Assembly: GCA_045863335.1 (NCBI GenBank)
Contig: BTVY01000047.1
Location: 1 to 59,029, forward strand
Direction: 5' to 3'
Source: Candidatus Hydrogenedentota bacterium
Lineage (GTDB): Bacteria; Hydrogenedentota; Hydrogenedentia; Hydrogenedentales; SLHB01
Length of the DNA: 59,029 nt
Under the pieces are notes generated by a model that saw nothing but the letters and a program-made list of their open reading frames with translations, did no database searches and was not told the origin of the DNA. Position numbers and translations under genes: made by a program. Positions 10,247 through 20,316 of this stretch are shown piece by piece; position 1 is the stretch's first letter; each line of letters opens with the position of its first letter.

Positions 10247-10588
10247 ATGAAACTGGTAATTGCATACATCCAGCCGGAGCGCCTCAACGCGGTGAAGCAG
10301 GCCCTCTACGAGCGGGAAATCACCAAGATGTCGGTGACCAACGCCCTCGGCTGCGGTCAGCAGATGGGCTACCACGAGTCCTATCGGGGGGTTGACGTTG
10401 AAGTCAACCTGCTCAAAAAAGTCCGCATGGAGATCGCGGTGAATGACGACTATCTGAAACCAACGATCGACGGGATCATCAAAGGCGCCAAGACCGGCGA
10501 AATCGGCGACGGCAAAATCTTCGTGCTGGATTTGCACGAGTGCATCCGCATCCGCACCGGAGAAACCAGCGGGGCTGCCATCGGATAA
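10247..10588 (+). CDS. glnK: P-II nitrogen regulatory protein
   Basis: [11 protein letters not shown] and IRIRTGE signatures; adjacent to amtB. Confidence 0.93.
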   Translation: MKLVIAYIQPERLNAVKQALYEREITKMSVTNALGCGQQMGYHESYRGVDVEVNLLKKVRMEIAVNDDYLKPTIDGIIKGAKTGEIGDGKIFVLDLHECIRIRTGETSGAAIG

Positions 10589-10622
10589 GATCCCTCTCCA
10601 AGTCTTGAACTCGACTCTCACG

Positions 10623-10662
10623 GCGGGCGCCGCAACGGAGCGAAGTCTCCGGCGGCGCCCGC
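10623..10662 (+). terminator. Hairpin after glnK
   Basis: GCGGGCGCCGC...GCGGCGCCCGC inverted repeat. Confidence 0.5.
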
Positions 10663-10714
10663 TTACATATTGTTCCGATGAGAACAGGCGCGCATAGCCG
10701 CAGACCCATACCCC

Positions 10715-10790
10715 AATCGATATCGGTTTCGCGATCGGGATCGGAATACGGCTTCGATACCGATACCGATAGCGATAGCGATTTGGATTT
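10715..10790. repeat. Hexamer (CGATAC/CGATAG) repeat hairpin
   Basis: Five tandem CGATNN units at 10755-10784, facing complementary ATCGNN units at 10715-10747. Confidence 0.7.
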
Positions 10791-10937
10791 TGGCTTCCGT
10801 TCACCGCCAAAGTGATCGATTCTAGTCGGGGCGCCACGCCGGCGATTGGAACCTTCCGCTCGGGCGCGGGTGCGAAACGAAGTGGCGAAATGGGCATATA
10901 GTACTTAGGCGGGTCGGGAAATCTGTCCTCCCCGGGG

Positions 10938-11014
10938 TTGACAAAACTGGCAGGGCGATAGTAAACTCTTGACAAATATTATCCCTTTGACACCCCCTCC
11001 CGGCGGTGTAAAGT
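10938..11014 (+). promoter_or_regulatory. Clustered sigma70-type promoters upstream of the small ORF
   Basis: TTGACA at 10938, 10969 and 10987; candidate -10 elements TAAACT (10962) and TAAAGT (11009). Confidence 0.55.
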
Positions 11015-11059
11015 ATCAGCGTTTTAACGAGTCGAAGCTTTCGTAGGAGGTCAATTCGT

Positions 11060-11236
11060 ATGAAGCACATCAAGCGTGTTACCAAGGGGACTCCCGCAAA
11101 AGCGGCGGTCTGGCAAGATGTCCTGTGTGAAGTGGCAGGTGTGGTCGTGGGCTTGCTGGAATCCAAAGGCGGCTCCGTGCCCTTCCTGACCTACCTCGAT
11201 GAAAAATGCGAGCCGAATCCCGTGTTGGAGTCATAG
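11060..11236 (+). CDS. 58-aa small protein absent from the ORF track
   Basis: AGGAGG RBS 9 nt upstream; MKHIKRVTKGTPAKAAVWQDVLCEVAGVVVGLLESKGGSVPFLTYLDEKCEPNPVLES; own promoter and hairpin. Confidence 0.8.
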   Translation: MKHIKRVTKGTPAKAAVWQDVLCEVAGVVVGLLESKGGSVPFLTYLDEKCEPNPVLES

Positions 11237-11277
11237 TTGCGAGATTCTCGCGACAGTTCTCGCAGTAGTGTAATGAA

Positions 11278-11310
11278 AGGTCCCAAGGGGGAAAGACCTC
11301 CTTGGGACCT
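11278..11310 (+). terminator. Terminator-like hairpin after the small ORF
   Basis: AGGTCCCAAGG...CCTTGGGACCT. Confidence 0.7.
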
Positions 11311-11508
11311 CTTGCTTACAAATAAACCAATATTTGGCAAGGGTTTATCGCTGACAGGACGCGCTGACATCGAGCGACAGCTCGGTTTTACGAAAGGATT
11401 ACGACATATTTTGGTTAAACGGCCTGACAATGCGGAGTTTTCGGTGTATAATAGGAAGAGCTTCGCGTCGGGGGGCTTCAAATAGCAGTACTCAGCATAG
11501 GAAAACTA

Positions 11509-11537
11509 TTGACAAACTCTGCTGTTTGACCCATAAT
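11509..11537 (+). promoter_or_regulatory. Sigma70-type promoter of the lipoprotein cluster
   Basis: TTGACA, 17-nt spacer, CATAAT. Confidence 0.65.
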
Positions 11538-11628
11538 ATCGACTGGTTGTCTATGTTGAACCAGAACCTTGGGTTCTCCGCCGCTGGGGTTGGAGATCGC
11601 GTCGTGCTCATACGCTAAGGGGGCGCCA

Positions 11629-12213
11629 ATGCGAACGAACTGGACGAAGAAAGCAGGAATTGCAGCGCTCTGTGTGCTGCTCGCGGTAACGTTGTCGGGT
11701 TGTCCGGCGGCAACGACTATCGTTGTTTTCAGCGACGAAACACTTGAAGCGGCCATCCGCGAAGCGATCGGTAAACCGCTGGGTTTCGTGTACCGCGGGG
11801 ACTTGCTGCCCTTGAGCAGTCTTGACGTGTCAAACCTGGAGATTCGAAGTCTCTCGGGTATCGAGTATTGCACGAACCTTACGTTCCTCGACGTAAGCGG
11901 TAACCCCATCTCCAACATTTCGCCGATAGCCAATCTCGTCAACCTGTTGAATCTCAATATCGACGGAACGAATGTCTTCGAACTCTCCGCGCTGGCCGGT
12001 TTGCCAAACCTGGATTCCGTGAGCCTGTGCGGGACGCTGGTGACCGATATCCAACCCCTTGTCACCAACTCGGTGAATGGCGGGCTTGGACCTGGGGATT
12101 TCGTCAACGTGACATGCGACGATCTGGGCGATCAGGCAAACGACTTTGACATTCCGTTCCTGGAAGGCCAGGGCGTGAACGTCGTTTGCTGCGCCGGTGG
12201 CGAGGAGTCCTAA
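11629..12213 (+). CDS. Leucine-rich repeat (internalin-like) lipoprotein
   Basis: LSGC lipobox; FSDETLEAAIREAIG cap; LxxLxLxxNxIxxIxPL repeats. Confidence 0.88.
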   Translation: MRTNWTKKAGIAALCVLLAVTLSGCPAATTIVVFSDETLEAAIREAIGKPLGFVYRGDLLPLSSLDVSNLEIRSLSGIEYCTNLTFLDVSGNPISNISPIANLVNLLNLNIDGTNVFELSALAGLPNLDSVSLCGTLVTDIQPLVTNSVNGGLGPGDFVNVTCDDLGDQANDFDIPFLEGQGVNVVCCAGGEES

Positions 12214-12360
12214 CCAGGGTTCGGCCCATTGGGGGCCGTGCCGTGAAAGGCCGCGCAATGTGGCGTGGCTGCGGAGACGCTTGTCCTTGTGATAGCGGTC
12301 TCCTGAACATACGGCGCGGGACGCGCGGCGTTCCCCGTGCCTCGTAGAGGGACGTACGCG

Positions 12361-14862
12361 ATGAAACGTCTGAAGGCAACCTTACCGATCCTTGCCTTTT
12401 GCCTGTGCAGCCTGGCACTGACCGGCTGTCCCACCGGCTCCGGCACGGGCCCCACGCTGGACGTGAAGCCTGCCGCCATCAACTTCGGCAATCAGGCCGT
12501 CGAGAGAAGCGTTGGGATAACCAACAGTGGGTCGGGCGCGGTTACCTGGAGCGTTTCGGAAAGTATCCCCTGGTTGACCGCAGACACGGACGCTGGCAGC
12601 ACGACGACGGAAACGGACCGCGTCTACTTCACGGCCGACCGCACGGGACTCACCCCCGGCACTTACAACGGCACCGTGACGATTTCATCCAATGGCGGCA
12701 CCAAGAACATCCCGGTTGCCATGCAGGTTCCCGGCACGCCGACGATCGAAATCAATCCGCTAACCATCAATCTGCTCAACAATCAGGAAACGACCCAGTT
12801 TTCTATCACCAACAATGGTGATGGACCGCTGACCTGGAGTCTGCGCCTGGAAGACGCGGACGATCCCGGCACGGAAATCGATCCGCCCGCGTACATGACC
12901 ATCGATCCCTCTGGAGGCACAACCCAGGCAAGCGCGACGAGCATGGTGGACGTAGAAATCGACCGGGGGCAACTTGATCCCGGCGTCTACAGCTTCCTCA
13001 TCATCGTTGAATCAAACGCCGGTGACGTGACCGTGACCTTGAACATCTCGGCGGGCGCCAGCGCGGAAATTGGGGTCGAACCGGAAGTCCTCGATTACGG
13101 AACAACGCTCAACCAGCTTACTTTCGACGTATTCAACAGCGGCGCTTCCGGCAGCGAACTGGAGTTCACCCTTTCGACCGACCGGCCGGACCTGATTTTC
13201 TTCGAGCCCGACTCCGGAATGAGCACGGGAACCGGCAATCCGCTCGCGTGGGATCGGGTGCCCATCACCGTGACGATCGATCGCGGCGCCCTCACCGGTG
13301 AGACCGATGGCGGCACCATCACGGTATCAGCGGACGGGTTGGACCCGGTAGAAGTCGTCGTGAACGTCGAGGCATCGCCGCTGGTCTTCGAAGGCGCGGA
13401 AAACCGCTCGCGGCCGCCGTTTATCCAACGGTTCGTCTTCCTGTTGCGCGATGCGCTGGGCAACGCCATTGACACTACCGACCCGGACGTGCTTGACGAA
13501 CTCCAGACCGCGTTCACCATCGAGGAGGACATGGTCGCCCTCGACACGGACGAGACGAACCTCTTCGTAACGGGCGCGGACAACCTGCGCTACAATCTCG
13601 TGCTGCTGCTGGATTACACGGGCAGTATGTTCAACGCCCCGCCGGGAAGCGGCACGGCCATCGATCAGATGGTCAATGCGTCCGTGGACTTCATCAACGA
13701 TCTGCCCGAGTCCTATCGTCTGGCGATCATGGAGTATCACGAACGCCAGCAGACGGACCGTCTCATACACAACTTTTCTACCAACCGCACATCCCTAACG
13801 ACGGAGTTACAAGCCTTTTCCGTGCCGCTGGGCGAGCACGGGGCCTCCGAAATCAACGATGCCCTGGTAGACGCCTGTGAACGGCTCGAGAACGAGGACA
13901 TCGGCGTTCTGGCCTTCAACGACACCGACGTGCGCGCCGTCGTTTTCATCTCTGATGGGCGCGACACCTCGTCGGTCGCCACGGTCGATGAAGTCATCAC
14001 GGCCGCCCAGGATCGACGCGTCCGCCTCTATCCCATCGGTTTTGGTGAGAACGTCCGCGCCTCGGCGCTGATCCAGATGGCCACCGAGACGGGTGGGCAC
14101 TACTATCCCGCACCCACGGTTGCCGATCTGGTCAACCTGCTTCAGAACGAAATCATGGGAGGTCCCGGCGCGCCGGGCAAGATCGCAACGGAACTACAAC
14201 GGCAAGTGGTGCTGACCTACATCTCCCTGTTCCAGGAAGGCAGCCACAATTACCTGATCACGGGCAATTACCAGGGGTTGGAAGGCAGCTTCCAGAAGGA
14301 CGCCGTCATTGCCCTCGGAGGCGACGTGCGCGCGGGCCAACTCGCGCTGCACACCACCGGGATCCAGCCCGACAACTCGGCGCGAGTTGACGTGCGCGCG
14401 GATTACGTTCCACGGAACATCAGCCAGATTCGGATTCGGGTTTTCTCAACGGAGGCGTTTACCGTTTCCATCGATCCCGAAGGACTGATCAGCGATTGGG
14501 TGCTACTTGACGAAGGCGGCGGCGTGTTCACCGCGTTGACTGCGGAAACCGATCCCCTTCGCTACGGCGCCTTCGGAAACCTGTTCCGTATCAACTTCTC
14601 CGGGCTCGTGGGCGACTTCGGCGTGGGCTTCCGCGTGGACAACCAAATCTACGTGAATCCCCCGTTCACGAAGTACTTCCAATACCCAACCGAATTGATT
14701 GTGTCGACGGAAACCAGCCAATCCGATGTGATTCCGCTGCTGTTGGAAGACGGGTTCGACCCGGATGCGGCGGGCGCGTACGACTACGACGAGGATAGCA
14801 CGACGGACTTCGACGACTTCGTCGTCGGAATCAGCCAGCTTCCCTTGCCGATTGAACCATGA
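12361..14862 (+). CDS. Lipoprotein with 3 BACON-like Ig repeats and a vWA domain
   Basis: LTGC lipobox; ITNxGxGxxxW...PWL...DRTGL repeats; LLLDYTGS and FISDG vWA motifs; acidic DYDEDSTTDFDD tail. Confidence 0.82.
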   Translation: MKRLKATLPILAFCLCSLALTGCPTGSGTGPTLDVKPAAINFGNQAVERSVGITNSGSGAVTWSVSESIPWLTADTDAGSTTTETDRVYFTADRTGLTPGTYNGTVTISSNGGTKNIPVAMQVPGTPTIEINPLTINLLNNQETTQFSITNNGDGPLTWSLRLEDADDPGTEIDPPAYMTIDPSGGTTQASATSMVDVEIDRGQLDPGVYSFLIIVESNAGDVTVTLNISAGASAEIGVEPEVLDYGTTLNQLTFDVFNSGASGSELEFTLSTDRPDLIFFEPDSGMSTGTGNPLAWDRVPITVTIDRGALTGETDGGTITVSADGLDPVEVVVNVEASPLVFEGAENRSRPPFIQRFVFLLRDALGNAIDTTDPDVLDELQTAFTIEEDMVALDTDETNLFVTGADNLRYNLVLLLDYTGSMFNAPPGSGTAIDQMVNASVDFINDLPESYRLAIMEYHERQQTDRLIHNFSTNRTSLTTELQAFSVPLGEHGASEINDALVDACERLENEDIGVLAFNDTDVRAVVFISDGRDTSSVATVDEVITAAQDRRVRLYPIGFGENVRASALIQMATETGGHYYPAPTVADLVNLLQNEIMGGPGAPGKIATELQRQVVLTYISLFQEGSHNYLITGNYQGLEGSFQKDAVIALGGDVRAGQLALHTTGIQPDNSARVDVRADYVPRNISQIRIRVFSTEAFTVSIDPEGLISDWVLLDEGGGVFTALTAETDPLRYGAFGNLFRINFSGLVGDFGVGFRVDNQIYVNPPFTKYFQYPTELIVSTETSQSDVIPLLLEDGFDPDAAGAYDYDEDSTTDFDDFVVGISQLPLPIEP

Positions 14863-14959
14863 TCACGGGCCGCCGAAGGATGGGCCTGAAAACGAAAACG
14901 AACGAGCCGGTTGTATCGGCGAAGGTAGATTGCTGGCGTTTCTCGCCGAGGAGTAAGCC

Positions 14960-17900
14960 ATGAAGCGAACTCTCCCACACGGTATCCGATCCCGCGCCGC
15001 GATGTCCTGGGCATCGCAGATCGCGCTGGCGACGGTGGTGATGTTAGGAGCAGTGGGCTGTCCAACCGGAACGAATACGACGGGCGATGCGGCCATCCAG
15101 GTACTTCCGGCCGCCTTCAACCTCGGCTCGACAACCGTCACAGACACCTTTGCCGTCTCGAATGCCGGCGAGGGCGTCCTGGTGTGGAGCATTGGCCCCT
15201 TGCCCTCGTGGCTGTCGGTGAGCCCCTTATCGGGTAGCACACCCGTTGGCGGACCGACAAATGTGACGATGACCGTAGATCGCGCGGGATTGTCACCTGG
15301 CACCTACAACGGCGAATTCATGATCGCGTCCAACGGCGGGAACCGCATCGTAAGCGTTACGATCCAAGTGGCCGCGGCGCCCCTCCCTCCCACGCTTCAG
15401 GTCACGCCTGCGAATCTCGATTTCGGTGAAACGGACTTGTCCGAGAATCTGACGGTGGCAAATGCCGGCACGGGTACGGTCGATTGGCAGTTGACCGAAA
15501 GCATCCCCTGGCTGAGCACGTCAGCCATACAAGGTAGTACCGGCGGCACGCCAACTAACGTTATCGTGACGGTCGATCGCACGGGCTTGTCGCCGGGCAT
15601 CTACAGCGACAACATCGAGTTCACGTCGAACGGCGGGAACGTGACGGTACCGGTTACCATGACCGTGCCGGGCCCCACGCCATTGCTTTCGGTATCGACG
15701 ACGGTTCTCAATTTTGGAACCAATCTCGTCCAACTGACCTTTACGATTCGAAATACCGGCACCGGAACGCTTAACTGGAATATCAGCGAATCCATTCCAT
15801 GGCTGACCGCTGGGCCCCTGTCCGGATCAACGACGACGGAAACTGAAATCATCACGGTGGATGTCGATCGCACCGGATTGAGTCCCAACGATTACATGGG
15901 AACGCTTGCCATCACGTCGGACGGCGGCGCTGCAAACGTTGTCGCCAACATGACGGTGGCGCCCGCGCAGCTCGTGGTCACGCCCACAACGTTGAACTTC
16001 GGCAAGTTCGCGACCACCAAGCTGTTCATCGTGAGCAACGGTGGAACGGGAACGGTGAACTGGAGCGTGAACACGGGCACGTTCCCGGCCTGGCTAAGCG
16101 TGGTCTCCCCCGTTCCCACGAACGGCAGCGTATCGTCCAACACGGAATCGGTCATCCTCATGGTCGACCGCACCGGCCTCTCAGTAGGCACCCACACCTT
16201 TACCTTCCCGGTCACAAGTGACGCTGGAAACGTCGACGTCACCGTCAACCTGAATGTTGCCGAGGTCCCCGTGCTCGACGTGGACACAGGCTTCCTCAAC
16301 AGCAACGGACAGCCGTTGGCGCCCTTGGGCGACGCCGCCACGACGTTCAATTTCACGATACAGAATGCCGGCACCGGCACGCTCAACTGGAACATTGATC
16401 CCAACACATTCCCCACTTGGCTTAGTATCGCCCCGGTCGCGGGCTCGAACACGGGCGCTCAGGTGTCGAACCTGACCATCACGGTCAACCGCGCAAGCCT
16501 CTCGCCCGGTGGATACGTTGCGGCGATTCCAATCACGTCGAACGGCGGCACGCGCACGCTCGACGTCACGATTCAGGTTCCACTCCGGCCCATCATTGGT
16601 GTGTCTCCAGAGCAGTTAGACTTCGGATTGACAGGTAATTCGGCACAGTTCTTTGTCGCCAATATCGGCGACCCGGGAACGGTATTGAACTTCCTCATTG
16701 TCAGCGACCGGCTCTGGCTCTTCAACAGCCCCTCGACCGGCACCAGTATCGGCACGAGCAGCCCGATTAAGGATTTCCAGCCCATCAATGTATCCATCGA
16801 CCGCAGCCTGCTGGAAAGCACCGGCGCGACGGGCACGTTTACCGTATACGCCCTCGACTCGCTCGGCAACATCCGAGCTGACGTTGAACCCGCGACGGTG
16901 ACTGTTTCCGTGGAAGCAACTCCGCTGGCGTTCCAGACGGCCATCGCACGCGCCCGCATTCCTTCTATGGTGCGTTGGAGCTTCATCATGCGCGACATCG
17001 GGGATCAATCATTCCTGATGGCGCCGGAACTCCTGGTTGATGCGTACCGCATCTTCGAAGACGGCGTGCAGATTGAAGAACCATCCGAAACAACCCAAGT
17101 CGTGCTCCTGCAGAACAGCACGCTAACCGAGCCGTTGTCGGATTACCGGACCGATTTGCGAACCAAGGTGGTCCTGCTGCTCGATTATTCGGGCAGCGTC
17201 CGGGATGCCGCGGCATCGGTAGGCACGGATGTTCAGACCCTCTACGAAACGACCGGCGGGTTGTTCATCGACAACTATTTCGACTACTTCGCGAATGTGG
17301 AACGCGGATTCGCCGAGATGGCGATCATGGAGTTCCACGACCGCAACGCGCCTGCCACGGTGATCCAAGGCTTCACTTCGGATCGCGCCACCTTGCAGGC
17401 GGCCTTGCAGAGTATCAATGTGACGGACCACGGCGCGTCCGCAATTCTTCCCGCAGTCGAATCGGCCGCGATTCAATTGCGCGACGATGATTCTCCGCTG
17501 ATTCCCTTCGACGATGCGGACATCCGCGCAATCGTCATGTTCTCGGACGGACGCCTGACGACGCCTCCGGGTGAGATTCAGGATACGATTGATTTCCTGG
17601 TACCCATCAAAGTGCGCGCGTTCTCCGTCGGCTGGGGTGTGGAAGTCAACCACGAACCCATGGCGCGGCTTGCCGCCGGCACGGGCGGGCATTATTACCT
17701 GAGTCTACTGGATGGGTTGGGGCAACCCACCGTGGCGAACTTCCTCGACAAAGTCGACGAATGCAACATCGATCTAGCATCGCACACGGTATTGAGCTAC
17801 GTGAGCCTCGGCGAAGAAGAGAACGTGCCGATCCGCTTCGACGGCGCGCTCGACAATCCGAACGATAACCCCGATCAGGGGATCATTCAGGGAACGCTGG

Positions 17901-19012
17901 AAGAACAGAACATCGACCTCTCCGCTGTCGTCGGCGATATTCGGATGGGGCAGATCTCCATGCGCACCCCCGGCATCGTCGGCGGTGCCTCTCAGGTGAC
18001 GATCCGCGCGGAATACATGCCGCGCAACATCAACCGCCTGTTGTTCTCGGTGGCCTCCACCGGGCCGGCTCCGGTCGTGAGCAAGGTGCCGCTTGCCGAG
18101 GGTGGCATCGTTGAAGATTGGACGCTTCAGAACCTGGGCGGCGGCAACTACCGCCTCGACGCGCCTACGCCCGTGGACGTGCTGCCCTACGGTTCCTTCG
18201 GCGACCTCGTGCAACTCGACTTCGCAGGCGTCGGTGGGCCGTTTACGGTAAGCCTGTTCGTCGACAACAGCACCTACCTCGCCGATCCGGAACCCAAGTA
18301 CTTCATCTATCCCGACACCATCGACGTGGATGCCGATCCCTTCCTGGCGCCGGCCTTCCCCACGCCGTTTGTGGATCCCTTGTTCATCGACTTTGGCACC
18401 GGCATCAACAACACTACGCTGACGGTGCGAAATATCGGCGGCTCGTATCCGTACGTCGGCACCGACGAGGTGTACCTCAATTGGGCCGTGGAGGACATTC
18501 CCATATTCGTCCGGAGTGTAACACCGGATGCAGGCATCCTGGATACTACCACGATTACGGACAGTCCCTTCGTCCAGGTCGATCGCACCATTGCCCCAGG
18601 CGTGTACAACAACGTGCTGAACATTCGGTACACCACCGGGACCCTCGGCGTCGTTGGCTCCGTGCCGGTATTGATGCGCATCGAAATTCAACCGCCGGTG
18701 TTGAGTGTGACCAACACAGCGGTCCTGGCTTTCGGAAACGTGTCCCAGGCGGGTGGCCCGCAGTCCGCGACGTTCAACATCGCAAACACCGGTCAGAGTA
18801 CGCTGAACTGGCAGATCCCGACGGTCGATCTACCGGCGTGGGTCGAGTCCGTCATCTCGTCTTCCGGGTCCACTACCTCGGAGACCGACATGGTAACAGT
18901 GACGGTCGATCCGACCGTGGTCGGATTGGGTCCGGTAAATACGACCATCAACGTCCTCTCAAACGGCGGAAACGAGTTGGCCATACCCATCAGTATGACG
19001 GTTGTGCCCTAG
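14960..19012 (+). CDS. Large lipoprotein with about 8 BACON-like repeats and a vWA domain
   Basis: AVGC lipobox; six repeats before and two after the vWA domain (LLLDYSGS, MFSDG); core paralogous to 12361..14862. Confidence 0.85.
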   Translation: MKRTLPHGIRSRAAMSWASQIALATVVMLGAVGCPTGTNTTGDAAIQVLPAAFNLGSTTVTDTFAVSNAGEGVLVWSIGPLPSWLSVSPLSGSTPVGGPTNVTMTVDRAGLSPGTYNGEFMIASNGGNRIVSVTIQVAAAPLPPTLQVTPANLDFGETDLSENLTVANAGTGTVDWQLTESIPWLSTSAIQGSTGGTPTNVIVTVDRTGLSPGIYSDNIEFTSNGGNVTVPVTMTVPGPTPLLSVSTTVLNFGTNLVQLTFTIRNTGTGTLNWNISESIPWLTAGPLSGSTTTETEIITVDVDRTGLSPNDYMGTLAITSDGGAANVVANMTVAPAQLVVTPTTLNFGKFATTKLFIVSNGGTGTVNWSVNTGTFPAWLSVVSPVPTNGSVSSNTESVILMVDRTGLSVGTHTFTFPVTSDAGNVDVTVNLNVAEVPVLDVDTGFLNSNGQPLAPLGDAATTFNFTIQNAGTGTLNWNIDPNTFPTWLSIAPVAGSNTGAQVSNLTITVNRASLSPGGYVAAIPITSNGGTRTLDVTIQVPLRPIIGVSPEQLDFGLTGNSAQFFVANIGDPGTVLNFLIVSDRLWLFNSPSTGTSIGTSSPIKDFQPINVSIDRSLLESTGATGTFTVYALDSLGNIRADVEPATVTVSVEATPLAFQTAIARARIPSMVRWSFIMRDIGDQSFLMAPELLVDAYRIFEDGVQIEEPSETTQVVLLQNSTLTEPLSDYRTDLRTKVVLLLDYSGSVRDAAASVGTDVQTLYETTGGLFIDNYFDYFANVERGFAEMAIMEFHDRNAPATVIQGFTSDRATLQAALQSINVTDHGASAILPAVESAAIQLRDDDSPLIPFDDADIRAIVMFSDGRLTTPPGEIQDTIDFLVPIKVRAFSVGWGVEVNHEPMARLAAGTGGHYYLSLLDGLGQPTVANFLDKVDECNIDLASHTVLSYVSLGEEENVPIRFDGALDNPNDNPDQGIIQGTLEEQNIDLSAVVGDIRMGQISMRTPGIVGGASQVTIRAEYMPRNINRLLFSVASTGPAPVVSKVPLAEGGIVEDWTLQNLGGGNYRLDAPTPVDVLPYGSFGDLVQLDFAGVGGPFTVSLFVDNSTYLADPEPKYFIYPDTIDVDADPFLAPAFPTPFVDPLFIDFGTGINNTTLTVRNIGGSYPYVGTDEVYLNWAVEDIPIFVRSVTPDAGILDTTTITDSPFVQVDRTIAPGVYNNVLNIRYTTGTLGVVGSVPVLMRIEIQPPVLSVTNTAVLAFGNVSQAGGPQSATFNIANTGQSTLNWQIPTVDLPAWVESVISSSGSTTSETDMVTVTVDPTVVGLGPVNTTINVLSNGGNELAIPISMTVVP

Positions 19013-19045
19013 CCGTTCATCCGAGGCCTGGCCACAGTGCCAGGG

Positions 19046-19082
19046 CCTCCAAATGAAGTGAACCCGGGCGCGTCATCCAAAT
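19046..19082 (+). terminator. Intrinsic terminator
   Basis: GGGCGCGTCATCC...GGATGGCGCGCCC followed by TTTCT. Confidence 0.6.
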
Positions 19083-19287
19083 CGGGATGGCGCGCCCTTT
19101 CTACTGTGGTCCGCCAGAGAACTGCGGGTCCATTGGTTGTCAGAGAGCCTATGACAGACCTGTCCTGAACAGTTATGTCTTTGGCACCGCATGGACGCCG
19201 TTCTTGGTATTTCCAGCCACTCCCTCACACTTCCTATACATCTACAAATAAACAACATATGAATCATTATCAACTTCCTTAATGCTC

Positions 19288-19303
19288 TGGCATTGAAGTT
19301 GCA
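19288..19303 (+). promoter_or_regulatory. Sigma54 promoter of the rnf-por operon
   Basis: TGGCATTGAAGTTGCA (GG-N10-GC) preceded by an AT-rich tract. Confidence 0.75.
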
Positions 19304-19385
19304 TACTCTTTACTTGACGACCGCATTGGACGGTCTCAAAAGGCTCTTGGCGCAGTGCCAAGCCAACCCGATAAGGCCTGGTGGA

Positions 19386-20255
19386 ATGCTAACGGAGATC
19401 CTCACAGCAGGGAGCGTCATGATTGGCCTCGGAGGCGCCCTCTCGGCGATCCTCGCGGTGGCCAACAAGAAGCTCTATGTCTACGAAGATCCGCGAATCG
19501 ACGCGGTCGAAGACATGCTCCCCAAGGCCAACTGCGGCGCCTGCGGGACTCCAGGATGCCGGGCCTTCGCCGAAATGACCGTGAAGGGCGAGATTTCCCC
19601 GGGGAAATGCACGGTTAACTCGCCGGAGATGACTCAGGAAATTGCCAGTTTCCTGGGCGTTTCCGCCGGGAAAGAAGAGAAACGAGTGGCCCGGCTGGCG
19701 TGCGCAGGGGGAAACCATGTCGCACGCGTTCGGGCTCATTACCAAGGCATCCCCACCTGCCGGGCCGCGGCCCTGGTCGCGGGCGGCGGAAAAGGATGCG
19801 CGTGGGGGTGTCTAGGGTTTGGCGATTGCCAGGAAGTGTGTAGCTTCGGGGCAATCACCATGGACAAACACGGCTTGCCGGTGGTGGACACTGAGAAGTG
19901 CACGGCGTGCGGCGATTGCGTGGCAATCTGTCCGCGCGCCCTCTTCTCCATTCAACCCATGAGCGTTCGCTTGTGGGTCGCATGCAAGAGCCTCGCAAAA
20001 GGCGAGGAAGCCGAGGCGGAGTGCGAAGTTGCATGCACGGGATGCGGGCTTTGCGCGGCCGACGCGGCTCCTGGCGTCATTGCGATTCAAAATAATCTGG
20101 CGGTAGTCGACTATTCGCGAAACGGGCTGGCGTCGCAAGACGCGATTCAGCGATGCCCCACGGGCGCGATTGTGTGGTTGGATGAGAACGAGGGAACGAT
20201 AAAGGGCGCAGCAGCGCGAAAAATCACGCGGAAATCGGCATTGCCTGTCGGCTGA
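19386..20255 (+). CDS. rnfB: Rnf complex subunit B
   Basis: N-terminal TM helix, LPKANCGACGTPGC and several 4Fe-4S motifs. Start moved to MLTEIL, downstream of the sigma54 promoter. Confidence 0.92.
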   Translation: MLTEILTAGSVMIGLGGALSAILAVANKKLYVYEDPRIDAVEDMLPKANCGACGTPGCRAFAEMTVKGEISPGKCTVNSPEMTQEIASFLGVSAGKEEKRVARLACAGGNHVARVRAHYQGIPTCRAAALVAGGGKGCAWGCLGFGDCQEVCSFGAITMDKHGLPVVDTEKCTACGDCVAICPRALFSIQPMSVRLWVACKSLAKGEEAEAECEVACTGCGLCAADAAPGVIAIQNNLAVVDYSRNGLASQDAIQRCPTGAIVWLDENEGTIKGAAARKITRKSALPVG

Positions 20256-20316
20256 CGAATCCGTGCGCGTGTTGCAGGCCCCATATGTGAGTCGCAACCG
20301 AGACTGAGGTGGAGAC

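Noticed and set aside
9734-10975. 413-aa minus-strand ORF with an RYRYRY tract
   Set aside because: Antisense to amtB/glnK; the tract is just the translated hexamer repeat.
19293-19385. N-terminal extension of RnfB given in the ORF track
   Set aside because: That start lies inside the sigma54 promoter; ATG 19386 gives a normal RnfB N-terminus.
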